Shown here: positions 41,730-48,246 of the stretch, one piece after another
Layout of the letters: each line of letters opens with the position of its first letter
Position numbering within the stretch: position 1 is the stretch's first letter
Source of the DNA: Guillardia theta CCMP2712
Lineage: Eukaryota > Protista > Cryptophyta
Length of the DNA: 48,246 nt
Direction of reading: 5' to 3'
NCBI RefSeq assembly: GCF_000315625.1
Contig: NW_005434619.1
Span: forward strand, 465,810-514,055
Program-made: the position numbers and the translations under genes
Notes under the pieces: generated by a model
Databases searched by the model: none
What the model saw: the letters and a program-made list of their open reading frames with translations, nothing else
Told to the model about the DNA's origin: nothing

Positions 41730-43017
41730 TCAATCAGGTCCGAGTCCCCCAGCTGAAGACGAGCTGGTTGCACTGATCTTAGGGTTTAAGGTTAGGAAGC
41801 CAAGAGCCAGAATATCGAAGCCAAGAGCCAGAATGTCGAGACATACACCGCCACCGAAGGCTCTGAGGAGACCTCCATCATCTCCGGAGTCCATTACTCT
41901 CCTTGGCATCTCATCGCTGTATGTAAGACAAGAAGACAAATTGAAAACGAAGTTGATGGAGCTAGGACTCATAGTAGACTCAGTGGAGGGATTAGGGTTT
42001 AGGGTCAAGGGGCCCAGAGGAAGCTGAGAGCAAGTGTTTGTACAGTTCAAACAGCTTTCTAAGCATGGTACTTCAGTATGATGAGAGCGTTCGCAACCTG
42101 CTGTATCGGAGGGCATGCTAATACACGCAGGGCGAGCGCCTTGGAGGCCACGTCGAGAAGGCCGACCTCGTCGAGAGGGTGAAGAGCTTCACAAAGCGTT
42201 ATCCTAACAGTAGGACAGCTCATGCACTCCCGACGCTATCGCTGAAGCCATCCGCTCGACATGTCGGCAGGCGAGACGCGACCTGTTTGAAGACTCTCTG
42301 AGCGAATGGAGCCCAGAGTCCAGATCATGGTTTATGCAACAGATGGAGGAAGCCAAGAGCCAGACATACACCGCCACGACAGGAAGACAAATTGAAAACG
42401 AAGTTGATGGAGCTGGGACTCATAGTAGACTCAGTCGATAGAGGCGACAAGTCTAATCCCAGCTCTTGGCTCTTGGATCAATGTCGACGGCCGACATTGC
42501 GCTCAGATCTATCGATTTCAGCTGGTCTCGCAGTCTCTTGCAGACGTATGTTGCTGTTGGAGCAAGCACAGGAGCACTGCAGCAGAGAGAGCTTGAGATC
42601 CGGGCCGCTTCTCGAGGAAGGAGATGGAAGCGCTGTGCGGAGGAGGTAACACATCGATCACGAGAGTCAAGCGAGAATGAACCTCAAGCTGGTCAGCGTA
42701 GAGGTCGAGGAGGATTCTTGACACGCTGAGCTGGGATGGGAGCCTCGGAGCCTGATAACTCTCTCCCTGGCGTCCTACCGTACTTGGAAGGGATCATAGG
42801 AGCAGCGGCGAGGAGGAAGCCCAGGGGCGAGCGGATCACCATGGAAGCAGACGGTCGCCGTCAGGGCCGGTCGATCAACAGGTCTTGGTCGACCTCTCGA
42901 AGATGCTGGGAGGCCGAGAGACGGTCATCCAGCGCTGCCGTTTCCTTCAACGGTTCGCCGAGCGATCCGCCAGCCACCATAGGAAGCGCAACGCATCATC
43001 CTGCAAGCTGGCAATGA
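41730..43017 (+). pseudogene. Fragmented hypothetical gene/pseudogene with internal duplication and interstitial telomere-like motifs
   Basis: The segment encoding EDKLKTKLMELGLIVDSV occurs twice (~41932-41984 and ~42384-42435), each preceded by GAAGCCAAGAGCCAGA. A VEKADLVERV (SAP-like) motif lies near 42150. No continuous model could be built. Confidence 0.35.
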
Positions 43018-43053
43018 TGGGAAGAAAGGCCTTTGGCGTTCCTCTGTGCTACC

Positions 43054-43318
43054 TTAACTGTTAACTTCGAACAATATGGTAGAAAATTATAGTTAACTGT
43101 TAACTTCGAATGATATGGTAGAAAAATTATAGTTAACTGCTAACTTCGAATGATATGGTAGAAAATTATAGTTAACTGTTAACTTCGAATGATATGGTAG
43201 AAAAATTATAGTTAACTGTTAACTTCGAATAATATGGTAGAAAATTTATAGTCAACTGTTAACTTCGAATGATATGGTAGAAAATTTATAGTTAACTGTT
43301 AACTTCGAATAATTTCGA
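43054..43318. repeat. AT-rich 39-40 bp tandem repeat, about 6.5 copies
   Basis: Unit GTTAACTGTTAACTTCGAATGATATGGTAGAAAA(A/T)TTATA repeated head to tail without spacers. Confidence 0.95.
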
Positions 43319-43623
43319 AAAACTTGACAGCGGCTGGCTTGTTTCAAGTCTATTTTCGAACCCCATGGGGGCTGATCAGGGTTGCCGATCCTGCTGCACC
43401 CGACGAACCCCTCGGATGCTCGTTAAGTCGCAGGGTGGGTCCGGAACTTATAATTCTCCGGGGGATGGGGTGGGGTCACGGTCAGACTGACTGAAGGTAT
43501 CAGATCACCGAAGGGGGTACTTAATGGTAAACGAGGGTGGTCTGATGTAGGCTCGCCCAGCCTTTATATTCCCCTTCCTCTCCTCGCTTGCTCTCACACG
43601 TGCTCTCACACGTGCCTCGCGAC

Positions 43624-44802
43624 ATGCGTGCTGCTGCTTACCACGCGGCAGCTCTGCTCCTCCTGCTCTCCTCCCTTCCTGGCTCTCATTGCGCATACAG
43701 CTTTGTCAAAGCAGAGGGAAAGGACATCTGCGCCGGTGTCATACCTGATTGCGCCAACTCGAAGGATTGTTCCTCTGCAGCCTACGGGCCGTGCACCGCT
43801 GCCTCCCCAGGCCCCTCAGCCTATGTCACAGTAACCCCCGACTCAATGGCATGGATCTACGATATCAACACCTACGCCACCAATGCCAACCAGGTCAACA
43901 TGATCAATTCTTTGACGAATGTCTCCATCAATGGGTTTGTTAAGTCTCAAGCGGGCATCAAAGAAGGAAGTGCAGAGTATGCATACATGATGGCCGGAGG
44001 TCTAGTTGGTAATACCGTACAATCCTGCGGCTATGTCGGCGTGATTAATGCGATCATGACCAAAGGAAGTATCAGCACCAAGGTCATTCCCGTTTCATGG
44101 AATGCAGCCGACAACCTTCCGTCTGACCACAAAACTTACAAAAACAACGTTGCTTACTGTATCGCTTCTACGTCCAACGGAGCTTGTACCGGATCGAATG
44201 TGACATTCGTATCCGGCGACATCGCGTTCATGGCTTACGGCGGAACGATGGGTAGCAATTACGTTGCGGATCCTAAGGCCACGCATCTCGGCCTCAGACT
44301 GAAGATGACGGTGGTAGACAAGAGCCAGACTTCGGCGAACATGACTTTCAACTCCCAATCGAAGAAGCTGAGCGAGATGAGCAAGGTCGAGGTCAATAAC
44401 ATCACCTTCACTCTAGGCGGCAAGCTCATCTCCTTGGTTCTCTCGAAGGGTTTCAACTACGCCACTGCTGCTGGCAATCCTGTATCTTTATCCAAGTATG
44501 GAAGCGATACCGTGAATATCAGGGCCAACGCAGTAACGGGAGACGCCATGTCAGTATACTTTGACATTCTTTTCCCTAAGAAATACTTTCAGACAGCTGG
44601 TCAGACGGTCCTCTACGGGTCTGCAGGTGCTCCTACTGGCAGGCGGGCAACATCCACAACTCCTAGACAGTCTCGGTGGGTTGTCGGGCCTCCTGACGTG
44701 CCCATTGCTCCCGCTCGTAGTTCCGCAGCTGGCACCCCAGCGTTTATGGCACTCACTCTCATGGTGACCGCCATCGCTGCTCTCTTCACGACAAGAGCAT
44801 GA
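43624..44802 (+). CDS. Intronless secreted, probably GPI-anchored surface protein
   Basis: Uninterrupted 392-aa ORF from ATG 43624. Signal peptide MRAAAYHAAALLLLLSSLPGSHC, Cys-rich N-terminus and several N-x-S/T sites. The C-terminal small-residue site (SSAAG) is followed by the hydrophobic tail FMALTLMVTAIAALF. Confidence 0.8.
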   Translation: MRAAAYHAAALLLLLSSLPGSHCAYSFVKAEGKDICAGVIPDCANSKDCSSAAYGPCTAASPGPSAYVTVTPDSMAWIYDINTYATNANQVNMINSLTNVSINGFVKSQAGIKEGSAEYAYMMAGGLVGNTVQSCGYVGVINAIMTKGSISTKVIPVSWNAADNLPSDHKTYKNNVAYCIASTSNGACTGSNVTFVSGDIAFMAYGGTMGSNYVADPKATHLGLRLKMTVVDKSQTSANMTFNSQSKKLSEMSKVEVNNITFTLGGKLISLVLSKGFNYATAAGNPVSLSKYGSDTVNIRANAVTGDAMSVYFDILFPKKYFQTAGQTVLYGSAGAPTGRRATSTTPRQSRWVVGPPDVPIAPARSSAAGTPAFMALTLMVTAIAALFTTRA

Positions 44803-45261
44803 AATCGACATTGGAGCTTCAACTGCTTGCTCGTCGCGTGATGCTGAGCTCTTTACATCCTGTATACTTTTTAGGAGAACACAAGGACATCGCACCAGAA
44901 AATCTCTTCAAATAAAGCATTGAAAAATCCTAGCAAAGTTGCCATTCTTCACCAGTCACATATCCATCATATCGAACAGCTTACTGTCATGCCTGAAACT
45001 GACACATGAGGCGACCATTGGAGAGCGTGAGACATACTAGGAGCACGGGATAAGAGGAGTGGCAGGAGGCAAGGGTGGACTCTATGGGCATCTACTTATC
45101 TACTTGCAACGGCATCGATGAAGGCAGTGCCTAGCAGCGGCAGGTTCACTAATAAAATGATACTGTGAGGGAGACAGATGCTAAGCGATGAGGCCTAAAA
45201 ATCTGTCCTGAAGAATCTGTCCTGAAGAATCTGTCCGAGACCCAGCGAGGTATGATTACTT

Positions 45262-46360
45262 GAGGCCTGTAAAGCAGCAGGTGAAGCAGCAGGTGAAGTA
45301 GCAGCAGGTCAGGCAGCAGCAGGTCAAGCAGCAAGTAAGACATCAGCATGTAAAGCAGCAAGTAAGACATCTGCATGTATAGGCGCGGCATCAGCAGGTA
45401 AAACATGAGCAGGTCAAGCAGCAGGTTAGACATCAGCAGGTAGAGCATCAGCAGGTCAAGCAGCAAGTAAGACATCAGCATGTAAAGCAGCAAGTAAGAC
45501 ATCTGCATGTATAGGCGCGGCATCAGCAGGTAAAACATGAGCAGGTCAAGCAGCAGGTTAGACATCAGCAGGTAGAGCATCAGCAGGTCAAGCAGCAAGT
45601 AAGACATCAGCATGTAAAGCATCAGCATGTAAAACATCAAGTGAAGCAGCAGGTAAAACATCAGCAGGTGAAGTAGCAGCAGGTCAAGCATCAGCAGGTC
45701 AAGCAGCAGCAGGTACAGCAGCTGCAGTTGATGTAGCAGCAGGTGAAGCAGCATGTAGAACAGCAGGTAAAGCAGCATCAGATGAAGAAGCAGCAGGTTA
45801 AACATCAGCAGGTCATGCAACAGGTGAAGTATCAGCAGGTCAAGCAGCAGGTGATGTAGCAGCAGGTGATGTAGCAGCAGGTCAAGCAGCAGGTAGAGCA
45901 TCAGCAAGTGAAGTAGCAGCAGCAGGTAGAGCATCAGCAGGTCAAGCATCAGCAGGTCAAGCAGGTACACCAGCAGGTGAAGCGGCAGAAGGTAAAACAG
46001 AAGCGGCAGGTGAAGTAGCAGGTAAAGTATTAGCAGGTGAAGTATCAGGAGCAGCAGCAGCAGGTCAAGAAGAAAAAGCAGCAGGAGGTAAAGCAGCAGC
46101 AGGTCAAGCAGCAGCAGGTCAAGCATCAGCAGGCAAAGCATCGGCAGGTCCAGCAGCAGGTGAAGCAGCAGCAGGTGACGTAGCAGGTGACGCAGCGGGT
46201 AGAGCATCAGCAGGTCAAGCAGCAGGTGAAGCAGCAGGTAAAGCGGCAGCAGGTAAAGCGGCAGCAGGTAAAGCGGCAGCAGGTAAAGCGGCAGCAGGTC
46301 AAGCGGCAGGTGAAGCAGCAGGTGAAGCAGCAGGTGAAGCAGCAGGTGAAGCAGCAGTTT
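45262..46360. repeat. Degenerate (CAG)n-GTVAAG satellite with a 132-bp higher-order duplication
   Basis: Units such as CAGCAGGTGAAG and CATCAGCAGGTCAAG. The segment starting at 45321 recurs at 45453 and partly at 45585. Confidence 0.9.
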
Positions 46361-46579
46361 CAGGAAGAGTTGATGTATATAGGAAGGAAAGAGACGCCCA
46401 CCAAACACCCTTCAGAGCGAGACAGAGCATTGCCACATAGCTCGCGAGAACCTGCCTCAACAAAAGACTCATATACTTGTGAGGTATAATTTTCTGTACA
46501 ATTAGACTCAGAGCTCTCAGCGGCGCCTGCTCTGCTCTCTGATGCAACAAACGTGCAACCTCTGCCTCCCACCTGTGAT

Positions 46580-46970
46580 CCTTGTGCTACAGCCTTAGAC
46601 CCCCTCTACGTGGATGCTGGCATCGTCACGAAGCTTCATCAGCAGGGTCGTCGACACACCCGGACCCACGTCCCTCAGCATGGTCCCACCAACAGACTCA
46701 TGGGCGACCTCTGGCACCCTGGCCTCTCCACCACACCTGGAATTGGCTGGTTCTGGACTTCACCATGACTCATCGCTACAACAGCAGCGGCAGCCCCTTC
46801 GGCCTTTCTGCGCTCTCCGGCCCGGCCCAGCAGAAGATTTTGGATCATCGCGCAAGATATGCCACCCGGGCTATCACCCGCCGAAAGCCTTTCTTCCCTT
46901 CAATGCAGGTACGGATGATCTTCTTCTACCTGGCGGTTCACCATGGAACTGCTGACAGCGGGCTGGGATA
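46580..46970 (+). mobile_element. Degraded fragment of a non-LTR retrotransposon restriction-like endonuclease (RLE) domain
   Basis: Across frameshifts the sequence reads RLMGDLWHP...LVLDFTMTHRY...PAQQKILDHRARYA...AFLPF. This resembles the RLE pattern (R-x-D...D-V-T-V-x-H...A-x-x-K-x-x-x-Y...F-x-P) of CRE/R2-like elements. No RT domain is seen. Confidence 0.5.
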
Positions 46971-47843
46971 GATGCGCTCAGGAGGCGGTGTATGGGGACC
47001 CTTGCTTTCATCGTTTGCGTGCTCGTCTGTTTTTGCAGCATCGAGTTCGCACTGGCCTTGCCGTCCTCCTCGCAGGAGCCTTGCGCTGCTGCTCTTTGTC
47101 CTGATCCTTGTTCCCCTGCTTGGGTTTAGGGTTTAGCCAAGACTCTCGATGTCATCGCTCTCAGCCTCCTGTCGATCTGTGAGCCTCTTGTTTCTTGCGA
47201 TCAGTAAATTTGCTGAGCACCATGGGTTGAGCTGCACGGGCAAGGTCGACAAGCAAGACCGACTGCGGCTGACGATGAGAGATGAAGTCGAAATGGAGGC
47301 TGAGGAGGGCGAGGGCGTGGAGGAGGAGGCTGGCACAGGCCTCTCTCGCGCTTGAAGCTCGAGGCAAGTCTTAGAGGTGGACAAGAGGCGGAGCGGAGCT
47401 GTGGGCCCCAAGGGGGGAAGGAGGAAGAAATAAAGCTAATTTATTTATTGACTGAAAAAGCAGGTGGGCACGGGGCAGGGGGAGGGGGAGGCGGGGGGAG
47501 GAGGCCGGGCGGCGGCCGGCCGGGCCCCGAGGCGAGGCCCGGTCCGGACCGAGGGGACGTGAGTCTCAGGGACCCATCCACAACCCACCTGCCACCTCAT
47601 CCATCATCCACTCACTGGCCGAAGGCCGGCCGAGACCACCAATGAGTACCGAGGCCGAGGAAGCAACACAAGTAAAGCACGGACGACCCAGGCCAAGGCG
47701 GCCAGCGTAGGAAACTCCACTGGCTGAGGCCTGGGAAGACCACTGAAGTATGATCAGAGGAGGGAGCCGCAGAGCAGAAGCACGGCAGCCAAGTCGGGCC
47801 GAACTGCCAGGTCACGAGATCCCTGTTAGACTAGAATAAGGCA

Positions 47844-47972
47844 TTTAGGGTTTAGGGTTTAGGGTTTAGGAGCCGGCCCTTAGTAAGAGCAGCCGGCCCT
47901 TAGTAAGAGCAGCCGGCCCTTAGTAAGAGCAGCCGGGGTTTAGGGTTTAGGGTTTAGGGTTTAGGGTTTAGG
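47844..47972 (+). repeat. Telomere-type (TTTAGGG)n tracts interrupted by three copies of a 20-bp unit
   Basis: TTTAGGG about 4 times at 47844-47870, AGCCGGCCCTTAGTAAGAGC three times at 47871-47930, and TTTAGGG about 5 times at 47936-47972. Confidence 0.95.
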
Positions 47973-48246
47973 AGGATCCCTTTATCTGAGAGGATCCCTT
48001 TATCTGAGGCAGGATCCCTTTATCTGAGGCAGGATCCCTTTATCTGAGGCAGGATCCCTTTATCTGAGGCATGCAGGATCCCTTTATCTGAGGCATGCAG
48101 GATCCCTTTATCTGAGGCATGCAGGATCCCTTTATCTGAGGCAGGATCCCTTTATCTGAGGCATGCAGGATCCCTTCATCTGAGGCATGCAGGATCCCTT
48201 TATCTGAGGCATGCAGGATCCCTTTATCTGAGGCATGCAGGATCCC
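47973..48246. repeat. Subtelomeric satellite AGGATCCCTTTATCTGAGGC(ATGC), 20/24-bp units, running off the window
   Basis: Directly visible tandem array to the window end. Confidence 0.95.

Noticed and set aside
43054-43318. CRISPR-like array
   Set aside because: The repeats are contiguous with no unique spacers, there are no cas genes, and the context is eukaryotic.
47871-48246. CRISPR array or synthetic linker concatemer (BamHI/SphI sites)
   Set aside because: There are no spacers, and the units show natural variants and sit within telomeric repeats. A satellite is more parsimonious, although read-level confirmation is still needed.

Overview
This is eukaryotic nuclear DNA. It is gene-dense and rich in short (~40-60 nt) GT-AG introns, many containing CT/GA microsatellites, with TTTAGGG telomere-type repeats and satellites at the right end. 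The style is consistent with a cryptophyte such as Guillardia theta (inference), and the window probably approaches a chromosome end. Manual splicing supports about 16 genes or gene fragments: an RNI-type LRR protein, a TPR-CHAT protein resembling cyanobacterial ones but lacking both catalytic residues, an HRI-like eIF2-alpha kinase with a signal-peptide-like N-terminus, an acylated MORN protein, a FIST-like/LON-N protein, a PDZ coiled-coil protein, an Sfi1-like protein, a CbbX/SpoVK-family AAA+ ATPase, ERO1 fused in frame to a cytochrome b5 heme domain, an intronless GPI-anchor-like surface protein and several hypotheticals. A degraded RLE-type non-LTR retroelement lies next to the telomeric repeats. 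The strongest novelty candidates are the ERO1-cytochrome b5 fusion, the pseudo-protease CHAT and the possibly compartment-targeted HRI-like kinase. Gene boundaries come from reading splice sites by eye and are approximate. All family assignments are from motif recall, not database searches.
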